A DNA stretch of 64,000 bases from the human T2T-CHM13v2.0 reference genome, Homo sapiens. This document shows, in pieces, positions 1 through 11,699 of this stretch. The position numbers and the translations under genes are program-made. The notes under the pieces are model-generated. The model ran no database searches. It worked only from the letters and a program-made list of their open reading frames with translations, and was not told where the DNA came from. Within the stretch, counting starts at the first letter, position 1, and each line of letters starts with the position of its first letter. The stretch lies in the NCBI RefSeq assembly GCF_009914755.1, contig NC_060935.1; one strand, given 5' to 3'.

Positions 1-196
1 CCAGGTGGTATGTTCAACATTTCCTCCTATCCAGAAGACTTTAAAAGAGAAAAATGATCGTGGAGTTGAACATTTGGCTCCACAGATGGTATTGGCAATC
101 ATCTGAATTTCTGGACAATGGCCTAAGATATTGGAATGATGAAACTTGGATAATGTAGCTCATCTCACTGAAGTGGGGGACACTTGCTTGTCTGGA

Positions 197-348
197 ATAG
201 CTCTTCTCAATATGTGGTCTGCAGAATACCAATTCTTGGGCCTTATCACCAACTTACTGAGCTCAGCAGGAAAAAGGGGTTGGAAGACACTGAGTTAGCT
301 TCTGTAAATTAGCTTTACAGGTGCTCCTTATGCATTGAGTTTTGAGAA
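197..348. mobile_element. Degenerate MER5A-like hAT/Charlie non-autonomous DNA transposon fragment
   Basis: Motifs 'cttctcaa...ttcttgggccttatcaccaacttactgag...caggtgctccttatgcattgagttttgagaa' resemble the recalled MER5A consensus; highly diverged. Confidence 0.45.
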
Positions 349-662
349 TATATGGCCTACTAGATAGCTTTTTTGTCAATTAACAGCACTGAACTATGGA
401 GAAGGTGAGAGAAAATGCTTTAAGATACAGAGTAAAGACAGAAAAACACCAAGTATTTTATAACTCTAAAAAAAGAAAATAATAAAGAAGACCAGAAGGG
501 GTATATGTTCATATTCATATGTGAAGTTGAGATTAGCACATCAGGCAATCAATACAAATATATTAAAATTACTGAGACTTTCTGGGTTGAAGCTCAAACT
601 TGGAAAATCGTGGCTTAAGGGTAAGCTCTTTCCAAAAACAGTACATTTTTGTAGTGTGGGAG

Positions 663-1278
663 TGTCAGATCCCAGGGTCCAGGTCCAGCCCATGCTGTGG
701 TCCGAGGGGAGTGAGTGGATGGGCAGAAAGAACACGTGGGGGGCTGGGGGTGGGGTGGCAGCGGGAGGGTGTAGGCAGGTGAATATGGTTTTATTCAGCA
801 GCCGCTCTCATCAACAACTTACTTACACTAGCTCTTTACACTGTGCACCTTTATCTTGGCCATCTACTCCGGCTCTGTGGCTCCTGCTGTCCCCATGCCT
901 GCAGCTGTGTGGCTGGCTGTCCCTTGCCTTCAGGGTCAGCCGCTTAACTCTTTCCCTCCCTGGGCACCAGTGCGGGCCATGCTGTGGCTCTCCTTTGTCT
1001 GCAAGATGGACAGCTTTGGCTCTCTCTCTTTCTCTGGACACCAGAGCTTGCACAAGAGCCATGCTGAGCCAATCTGAGCCCCAAGAGCCCCTGTACAGTG
1101 TTAGCAGTGCAATTATACCTTTTACAGACAATAGTGGTTCAGAGCCAAGTATGAACTTATACAAACAGGTTATATAACAAAGAGAGGTGTGCACCTGTGC
1201 GCCAAACTATCTGAGTCATGAAGGCCTGGATATCTGCCTTGGCCTATCCTTGACCAAAGCACATCTATGTACCTTACA
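663..1278 (-). repeat. 3' LTR (LTR18B-like)
   Basis: Minus strand starts tgtaaggtacatagatgtgctttggtcaagga and ends tctgaca; TATA-like ggtataa near 1112-1119; AATAAA near 790-795; preceded by PPT ggcctagggggtggag (1279-1294). Confidence 0.88.
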
Positions 1279-1455
1279 CTCCACCCCCTAGGCCGAGAGA
1301 GACATTGGTTTTGGACACACAGGTTATGCATATAAGCTTTGCACACACAGGCCCAGTACATACGTATAGGCTTGACACATAAGCCTGACACATAAGCTTT
1401 GGGCACACAGGCCTGATACATACATAAGCTTCTGGGCATGCAGGCCCATTACATA

Positions 1456-2406
1456 TACAAGCTTTGATAAACTGCCCAGCTATTGGCGCAGATTACAGTA
1501 GGTGTCACTTCCTTGGTGATTACCATCCACATTGCCCTGAGTTTAGCTTATTGGCAACTTTGCCTACACCTGGTTTTAAACCACGTGGTGTCAGTACTAG
1601 GCTGGGCTGCACCAGCACTCCAGGCAGCAGTAGCACCCCAGCTAGACCCAGCTGTGTACCATGCCCTATTAGGAATGGGGGGATGCCCTTCCTAATGGTG
1701 AAGGCTCAGGGTCTAGGGGTGCCTCACGCCCCATGGCCTTATCTTGTATTAGGACTACAAGCCCTAAAACCTCTTGTAACTCTGCTGCTAAGGGAGTCGT
1801 ACTCAGCATACTCCGCTGCTCTAAGTAGGCACCCTACTTCATTAAAATGGATGTCTGCACCATCCTTGTCCAGGGGCTCATTATCCACGAATGCACCCAT
1901 CCAGCTACAGGGCAAGTTGCCTGCATGATGACTGTAACCCATCCTGCCATGCTCTTATGGGCCTGAAGGGCAGCATATGCAGTCACTAGCTGCTTTCCCA
2001 GTCTGGGGGCTGGTTACCCAGGAACACACCCATCCTGCTATTACTAACTGCTTCTCTATTAACACCAGAGCTCAACTCCCTTCCACAGCTGAGACTAACA
2101 GCCCACTGGCACTTCCAATCACTCCATGCACTGCTATAGGCCCCAGCCAAAACTATCTGTGGTTAGATGTACATCTAGTGTAAATGGGCACCCTTGATTT
2201 ACTACACAGAAAGGCTGTCTTAGCCTCATCATCCTAATTCCAGACAAGAAAGGGCACTGCCACTTTTCAACCTGCAAGAGAATCAGAGGTTAACATTACA
2301 TTATTAACAAAATCACAACATATGTTGGGGCCATACAATAGCCCTGCAGCAACACTGTGAAAGTTCATTGTTGCCTTCCCATGAAGGCAAACTGTTCCTG
2401 GCTCTC
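1456..2406 (-). pseudogene. ERV class III pol remnant (RT, connection and RNase H patches); stops and deletions, non-functional
   Basis: Minus-strand peptides ESQEQFAFMGRQQ*TFTVLLQGY; VNNVMLTSDSLA (degenerate YIDD box); PFTLDVHLTTDSFGWGL*Q...PVGC*SQLWKG; AWYTAGSS...SCQ*AKLRAMW...ICANSWAVYQSL. These are collinear with HERV-L-type Pol motifs. Confidence 0.85.
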
Positions 2407-3293
2407 AGTGGACTGTCCCTATTCTGTTGTCAAATGGTCCATCAAGCCCATAACAGACATCACAGTTACCAAACCATGCAAAACATTCAGCCCCAGAATG
2501 CATCAGGTATGGGAGAGACACAGTGCATACACAGAGAGCAAAGCGGCCCATGCCAAGATGCAAAGACACAGGTTTTCATTTTCACTGACTGGTCTTCACA
2601 GCCATTAATAAATGCAGCTCTGCCTGGAAATTTATCCAGGTTCAGGGACCAGTAGATTGCCAAGTCCAAAGGTAGCTCTGGTTGTCCGGTGCCCCCCTAC
2701 AAGCCGCGCATCTCGACCAGTTCTCTTATCAAACAGAAAAGGCTTTACACTCCCGCTAATGGCAGCAGGTACTCTTTGAAGTGGAATGCTAGGGCAGGAC
2801 TGGGTCGTGAAGCAATATCCTTCTCCCAAATGACCTGCACTAAGTCTGTACGTGACTGCCGACATTACTTGCTTAACTCCCACAACTTAGCGGGGACACA
2901 GGCAACAAAGGTAATGTGTTTCACCACAGTAGTGGGGTCTCTGGCCCACCCTTGGGGCCTGACAGCTGCTCATGCTCTATTTTCAGGTGGATCACTGGGT
3001 GAGCCTGCAATGGAGGTTCTTCCTTCTCCCTGTGCTGCGTCCTGCAAGGACTGGGCATGCACGCCCTACAGCACAGTCACAAATGGCCATCTGACTCTGC
3101 TTGTAAAGGCATGCCTCTTGTCAATGCTTGCACTTCCAGGTGATGCAGCGCCTTCTCCACACTCCCAGGAGACCCATCCACTATCATTTATGTTTCCCAT
3201 CCATGCAGCACGCTGCCACCAGGTACCACAGCTCATGCTGCAGCCTCATAGCCAACCAGGGAGCCCTCAGGGACTGAAGATCTGCCCACCTCT

Positions 3294-3311
3294 TCCCATC
3301 CATATTTGTCA
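3294..3311 (-). promoter_or_regulatory. Degenerate primer-binding site, best match tRNA-Ser(GCU)
   Basis: Minus strand TGACAAATATGGATGGGA, 2 nt after the 5' LTR, versus TGGCGACGAGGATGGGAT expected for tRNA-Ser(GCU); consistent with HERV-S. Confidence 0.55.
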
Positions 3312-3313
3312 AT

Positions 3314-3890
3314 TGTCAGATCGTGGGGTCCAGGTCCAGCCCATGCTGCAGTCTGAGGGGAGTGGGTGGATGGGTAGAAAGAGCACTTAGGGGGCTGTAG
3401 GCAGGTGAATATGGTTTTATTCAGCAGCAGCTGTCATTGACAACTTACTTACACTACGTTACAGTATGCACCTTTATCTTGGCTGTCTGCTCTGGCTCTA
3501 TGGCTCCTTCTGCCCTCAAGCCTGCAGCTGCACCACTGGCTCCCCCTTGCCTTCACGGTGAGTAGCTTAACTCTATATCTGGGCACCAGCGTGAGCAGTG
3601 CTGTGGCTCCCCTCTGTGCATCTGCAAGACGGGACAGCTTTGGCCCTCTCTCTGGGCACCAGCACAAGATCCATGTTGAACCAAGCCGAGCCCCAAGAGC
3701 CCCTGTACAGCTTTAGCAGAGCAATTATACCTTTTATAGGTAATAGTGGCTCAGAGCCAAGTATGAACTTACAAAAACAGGTGATGTAACAGATGGAGGT
3801 GTGCGCCTGTGCCTCAAACTTGCTGAGTCATGTAGGCCTGGATATGCACCCCGGCCTATCCTTGACCAAAGCACATCCATGTACCTTACA
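3314..3890 (-). repeat. 5' LTR (LTR18B-like)
   Basis: Direct repeat of 663-1278, roughly 85% identical by eye with many CpG transitions; followed on the minus strand by the PBS. Confidence 0.88.
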
Positions 3891-4060
3891 GGGGGGCAGG
3901 GTTCTACTGTATATCAAAGAGTGTATACTGTGGAAATCTTTACATTAGATTTTAGAGTCCATTTTCATGGTGATAGCAGGAGAGGAACAGAGGTGACATC
4001 ATAGTAGCTGTACATACAAGCAGCAGATACCCATAACAGAAATGAGCAACATGTCCCAAC

Positions 4061-4509
4061 TGTCATGCTCGACCCATATTTCCTTCAGTAGGGATAGCAT
4101 CATGTATAAGAGGCCAAAGAAGAGAACTAGAGCCAGTGAATAAGACTTAGGATTTACTGAGGGGACTCACATGCAAGGTGGTCCAATAGTAGCAGGCTAG
4201 ACAGGAGAACTGCAACCACTTGTAAAAAATATGAAGTTTATATAGTATTTTCACTTAGCACCCTCCCCTTAGCACAACCTCCACCTGGCAATCTTCATTT
4301 AAGCCCATACAAAGGGCCTCGATCCTCTGTATGACCTGTATTCCATGGGATGGACTGAGGGTTCATATGTTCCTCATACATAAGGCATAAATCTCCAGGT
4401 TGGCCACTCCCAGATTCCTTAGCTCAAAACTCTGAACACACATTCTTCTTAGACCATAGGGGCATTCTCAGGGTATGCTGTTACTGCCATCAGGTGCATC
4501 TGCCATACA
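4061..4509 (-). mobile_element. Solo ERVL LTR (LTR32-like)
   Basis: Minus strand tgtatggcagatgcacctga...gcatgaca; perfect 5-bp TSD CCAAC (4056-4060, 4510-4514); tatataaa box. Confidence 0.8.
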
Positions 4510-5629
4510 CCAACCAAAGAAGCACACAAAGCCAATCCCACAGCATCTGCAAAAAACACTCCTTCAGCTAAAAGAGTAACAGATTCTTGACTTTTTGATG
4601 ATTTTGTTCCTGAGAAAGAGAAAGTACCTAGGGGGAACTGACACTTGAGGCCTAAACATATAGTGAAGTGAAAGAGACTTGCCTGTGAGTAGAAAGCTGC
4701 CATATGTTGCTAGTTTGTAATAGTGAGAGCAGGAAACAGTAAGCATAGCCTGAAGTTTGCTTTAAGAATCAGATTTCAAGAAATTCGGAGAAAAAACGAT
4801 AATGACACAGCATCATAAGACATCTGGAAGGGAAGTCTACTAGAGAAATAGGAAAGTTCTAAAAAAAAAAAAAAAAAAAAGCAATTCACATTGTATATTG
4901 CAAGTGGCCTCAACCAACAACAGAAAGACATGATTTTAAAAACCAGTGGTGTCATACAGAGAGTTTGCTGAAATGGCCAGATTTTTAAAAGTAGTATGTA
5001 TATGTCAGAATAATTGATCAGATATTAAATTGTTTTGTTTACCTTTATTTTTCCATCTCCCATTCCAAAAAATATTTCATCAGGCTAATTCATTGCCTCA
5101 TTATTTTCTCTAGAGTGAGAAACAGAAGCTTCTTAGATCTATCACTCTTCTTTATTTTTCTGTAAAAGACTTAAAACTTATGGAGATTATGCTATTCATG
5201 TCCCTGAAAGGTAGAGATGACAGTGATATAAATACTTTTGAGAGATTTCCTTAGCCTGGGAAACAGATAAAGGTTGATGGGTTCTGAAAACAGCAAGTTC
5301 TCATGTCCCATTATGATTCACCCTCCAGAGTGTTTTCAGCACCATAGAGCATATGCCTGTGTGGAGCAGCTAAGGATAGCTGTATGCTATCCATATGGTA
5401 GCCATTGCCATTACCCAACTTAGAAAAGATGCCTGTGCCCTAGGGAATCAGCAAGGCAGGATCATGTACGTTAGGTCCATGAACATCTAAGAAGCCATCC
5501 GTATCGGCTGATATACAAGGACGTTCCTAATACTCTGGTGCCTACCTTGGAACTTTCACACAAACTTCGATAAAATAGTAAAGAACTCCAACAATACATT
5601 ATATCAAATTTATTATTAATAAATTATGT

Positions 5630-5800
5630 TGAACTCTTACTAGTTGTGTGATGTTGAGAAACTTAATTAGCCACTTGAGCTTCAGCTTCATCTTCTGTAA
5701 AATAGGAATGATATATCTTATAAGGTATGGAAGATTAAATAAGATAATGTAAATATGGTGGCAACATAGTGTCAGAGACATAATGGGAACTGAGTTAATA
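5630..5800 (+). mobile_element. MIR SINE
   Basis: Core 'ttactagttgtgtgatgttgag...ttcagcttcatcttctgtaaaataggaatgat...gattaaataagataatgta'. Confidence 0.7.
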
Positions 5801-6017
5801 ATTGCATTCTTCTTTTTCTTTTCCAAGTTAAAAAAAAGTTCTTGAGATTTCTGGCTGGGCTGACAATTGAAGGACTATTTTAAAGTCTTCATAGGAGGAC
5901 TTAGTCCACTCCTTCATGAGTGAAAAAAACTGGAGATATATTTTCTTGAGAGACTGAGAGAGGCTATGGATTTGGGGAGACTCAACAGAACAGTAAAGCT
6001 CCGTACTTAAAACAGTA

Positions 6018-6432
6018 TGTATTGGTCACGTTTTGCATTCCTATAAAGAAATACTTGTGGCTGAGTAATTTATAAAGAAAAGAGGTTTATTTGGCTCATG
6101 GTTCTTCAGATTGTACAGGAAGCATGGTGCCAGTATCTGTTCAGCTTTTGGTGAGGGCCTCAGGAAGCTTACAATCATGGTGGAAGGTGAAGCAGGAGGC
6201 AGGTATATCACATGGTGAGAGTAGGAGCAAGAAAGAGAGGGAGGATGTGCCACACTCTATTAAACAGGTTGAATGTGAGCTGGGCAAGAACTCATCACCA
6301 AGGGGATGGTGCTAAGCTGTTCATGAGGGATCCACCCCCATTATACAATATTTACCACTAGGTCTCACCCCCAACATTGAAGGTAATATTTCAACGTGAG
6401 ATTTGGAGGGGACAAACATCCAAAGCATGTCA
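6018..6432 (-). mobile_element. MSTA/MSTB solo LTR (ERVL-MaLR)
   Basis: 'taatttataaagaaaagaggtttatttggctcatggttct...acaatcatggtggaaggtgaag...gagatttggaggggacaaacatccaaa', typical of an MST reverse complement; TG..CA ends. Confidence 0.85.
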
Positions 6433-8470
<2,038 letters not shown>

Positions 8471-8509
8471 GTAGTAATGTATAGGAGATTGAAAAAAAAA
8501 TGTCGAAGA

Positions 8510-9930
8510 AATCTCATGTACCTTTCACCTAGTTTTATAAGAAACTGCCTTATTCTTCCAGACTGGTCGTACCAGTTTATATTCCCACCAGCATTGTACG
8601 AATGATCCAGTTTTTCTGCATCATCAGAATTTCTTGTTATCACAAGTTTTCATTTTAGTCATTCTGATAGATGTCTGGTGGTTTCTCACTGCAGTTTTAA
8701 TTTGTCTTCTTTTAATGGCTAAAGATACTGAACATCTTTTTATATGCTTATTACCATCTATTCATGTCTATTGCTCATTTTCTAGTTGAATTCTGTAATT
8801 TTTTACTGTTGTGTTTTGAGAGTTCTTTACGTATTCTAGATACTATTCCTTTGTTGGATATATGGTTTCTAAGTGTCTTCTCTCAGCCTGGATCTTACTG
8901 TCTTTTTATCTCCTTCACAGGGTCTTCTGTGGAGAAAAAGTTTTTACTTAAAAAAAAAAAGAGATCAGTTTTACATTTTATGGAGCATGGTTTTGTGTTA
9001 AGAATAGGAACTCTTTATATCGTTTTAGGTCCTGAAGATTTTTGCATATGTTTTCTTCTTTTCTTTCTTATTTAAATTGACGTGTATTTTTCCCCCCAAT
9101 CTGTATGTCTAATTAATCTGGCACGATTATTTTGAAGACTATAATTGCTCCATCAGATTAGCTCTTGGACCTTTGTCAAAAATCAGTTGATGATATTTGT
9201 GTGGGGCTCTTTCTGAGCTCTTTGTTGTGTTCTATTGAATTACGTGCCTATCCCTCTGCCAAAACTACATTGTCTTCATTGCTGTAGTTGTGTAATAAGT
9301 TTTAACATTAGGTAGGGGGATTCCTATCACTTTATTCTTCTTTTTCAAAATTGTTTTAGCTATTCTAGGTCCTTTAATTTCTGTATATGTTTTATAATAA
9401 TTTTGTCTATATTCACAAAAGTTCTTAGTGGGATTTTAATAGAAAGTTTGTTAAACCTATAGATCAATTTGGGGAGAATTCATATCTTTACTGTTTTCGG
9501 TCTTTCGATGCATAAATGCAGTATGTCTCTTCATTAGTTTAGGTCATCTTTTATTTATTTTATTAGTATTTTATAATTTTTATCATATAGATATTATACA
9601 AGGTTTTTATATTTATACCCAAGTACTTTGTTTTCTTTGGAACATTTGTAAATGCCATTTTGTTTTTAATTTTGCTAGTATGTAGAAATGCAATTAACTT
9701 TTGTGTGTTGATTTTGTATCCTGCAACCTTGGTGAACTCGCTCATTATTTTTAATATTTTTTTGGTAGATTGCTTGGGATTTGCTATGTAGACAATCATG
9801 TCTTCTGTGAATAAGGATAGTACTACTTGTTCTTTTTCAATTTATATGCTATTTATTCATTTCTCTTAACATATTATGCTGGGTAGAATTTCTAATACTA
9901 TTAATATGTTAAATAAGAGTGGTGAACACT
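8510..9930 (-). mobile_element. L1MB/MC-type ORF2 3' fragment
   Basis: ORF 9563-9799 MIVYIANPKQSTKKILKIMSEFTKVAGYKINTQK corresponds to the L1 RT region. Confidence 0.8.
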
Positions 9931-10582
9931 TTTTTTTGGTTTTTGTTTCTTCCAGTTTTAAAATGTTTTTTTAATATCATTTCTTTGGTAATATTTCTAT
10001 TTTTAATTGTTATAGGACTATTTGTAATGTTCTTATTTTTGTTATATGTGCTTTAATATCTGTGTTAAATAATTTCAACATCAGATTCATCTCTATGTCT
10101 TTTGATTGTCTTTTTGTGTTCAAGTTGAGATTTTCCTCAACTTAGCATAGGACCTTTTATCCCAGCAGAAACCTAATATACATTTGCAGAATTGAATTTA
10201 CTTAAATTGAATTCTTTTTTTTACAGCAAAATGTTTTTCTCATCCCAGAAAGACAATAGAGCAATGAAAAACCTATCAACTTTAGGAATTTTGATATTCA
10301 TGTCTTTCCAAATGCTTTCTCTCCCCAAATCCAGCTTTCTAGATATGCAGCTTCTCATCCAAAGGAAAGTGTTGGTGTGATGTAAGCAGTGCCAGATCCA
10401 ACTCCAGCTCTCTTTACTGTTTATACCCCCCTACCCCACCAATGGAAAATTCACAGGAAGACAGACTAGGCAGCTTATGTCATCTTGCTCTGGGAAGCAG
10501 CCGAAAACCAACTTTTAAACTCTATGTGATGCCTAAAGCAAGTTACTGTTTAGCCCACATGTCTAGTATTTTGATCCTCGGT

Positions 10583-10587
<5 letters not shown>

Positions 10588-10635
<48 letters not shown>
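10588..10635. repeat. (TA)24 microsatellite in the tail of the adjacent L1
   Basis: Pure TA run directly abutting the L1 3' end. Confidence 0.95.
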
Positions 10636-10637
<2 letters not shown>

Positions 10638-11497
10638 TTCTGGGATACATGTGCAGAACATGCAGGTTTGTTACATAGGTATATACATGCCATGGTGGTT
10701 TGCTGCACCCATCAACTCATCATCTACATTAAGTATTTCTCCTAATGTCCCTCCCCTATTCCCCCAGCCCCCGACAGGCCCCAGTTTTCCCCTCCTTGTG
10801 TCCATGTGTTCTCATCGTTCAACTCTCACTTATGAGCGAGAACATGTGGTGATTGGTTTTCTATTCTTGTGTTAGTTTGCTGAGAATGATGGTTTCCAGC
10901 TTCATCCGTGTCCCTGCAAAGGACATGAACTCATTCTTTTGTATGGCGCATAGTATTCCATGGTGTATATGTGCCACATTTTCTTTATCCAGTCTATCAT
11001 TGGTGGGCATTTGGGTTGGTTCCAAGTCTTTGCTGTTGTGAACAGTGCCGCGATAAACACACTTGTGCATGCATCTTTATAGCAGAATGACTTATAATCC
11101 TTTGGGTATATACCCAGTAATGGGATTGCTGGGTCAAATGGTATTTCTAGTTCTAGATCCTTGAGGAATCACCACACTGTCTTCCACAATGGTTGAACTA
11201 ATTTACACTCCCACCAACAGCGTAAAAGTGTTCCTATTTCTCCACATCCTCTCCAGCATCTGTTGTTTCCTGACTTTTTAATGATTGCCATTCTAACTGA
11301 TGTGAGATGGCATCTCATTGTGGTTTTGATTTGCGTTTCTCTAATGACCAGTGATGATGAGCCTTTTTTCATATGTTTGTTTGCTGCATAAATGTCTTAT
11401 TTTGAGAAGTATCTGTTCATATCCTTTGCTCACTTTTTGATGGGGTTGTTTTTTTCTTGTAAATCTGTTTCTTTGTAGATTTTGGATATTTGCCCTT
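10636..11497 (-). mobile_element. 5'-truncated L1PA7/8-like 3' end
   Basis: 3'UTR 'aagttctgggatacatgtgcagaacatgcaggtttgttacatagg'; ORF2 C-terminal peptide [36 protein letters not shown]. Confidence 0.88.
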
Positions 11498-11699
11498 ACA
11501 GGTGTCCCTCTTATGGGTAGGCAGAAAGAATATTTTTGGTACAGCTATTTTTAATCAGAATAAAATATCCCCCGAGGTCACTTGAAGTCAGAAAAATAAT
11601 ACTACTTAATATAGAGCTCTATTTTAATTCCTCAAGTTCATTTATGAGAAAGATGTATGTCTTTAACGGATCTTAGTCTGTCAATCTCTTTCTCCTACG

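Larger units (their letters stand above)
663..3890 (-). mobile_element. LTR18B-flanked HERVL18/HERV-S-like provirus with a heavily deleted internal region of about 2 kb
   Basis: Two direct LTRs (663-1278, 3314-3890) with TG...CA ends; 5-bp TSD gggag (658-662) / ggggg (3891-3895); PPT beside the 3' LTR; degenerate tRNA-Ser PBS; RT and RNase H motifs on the minus strand. Confidence 0.88.
500..4950 (+). mobile_element. Ancient CR1/L3 LINE ORF2 endonuclease-region fossil, split into about 500-662, 3891-4060 and 4510-4950 by two ERV insertions
   Basis: From 568 it reads ITETFWVEAQTWKIVA*G*ALSKN, and after the provirus GRVLLYIKE; compare CR1 EN ITETWWD..HDW....GY.LFR.DR...RGGGVALYVKE. 4590-4640 reads DDFVPEKEKVPRG (cf. 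DNFL.Q.V..PTRG), and 'agatttcaagaaattcggagaaaa' matches the recalled L3 consensus. Confidence 0.65.

Noticed and set aside
521-1177. 218-aa plus-strand ORF
   Set aside because: It runs antisense through the LTR18B 3' LTR, has a non-ATG start, and the other LTR copy does not keep the frame.
1310-1466. Repeat/spacer-like pattern suggesting a CRISPR array
   Set aside because: The units are degenerate tandem copies without unique spacers, the context is primate, and there are no cas genes.
2689-3390. 233-aa plus-strand ORF
   Set aside because: It is antisense to the ERV leader/gag-like region, starts with GTG and has no recognisable domain.
4861-4880. Poly-A as a processed-pseudogene tail
   Set aside because: It lies within CR1/L3-like sequence at an A-rich position, with no TSD or upstream mRNA-like sequence.
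10580-11510. TSD for the truncated L1PA7/8
   Set aside because: No convincing duplication was found and the TA expansion obscures the tail, so no claim is made.
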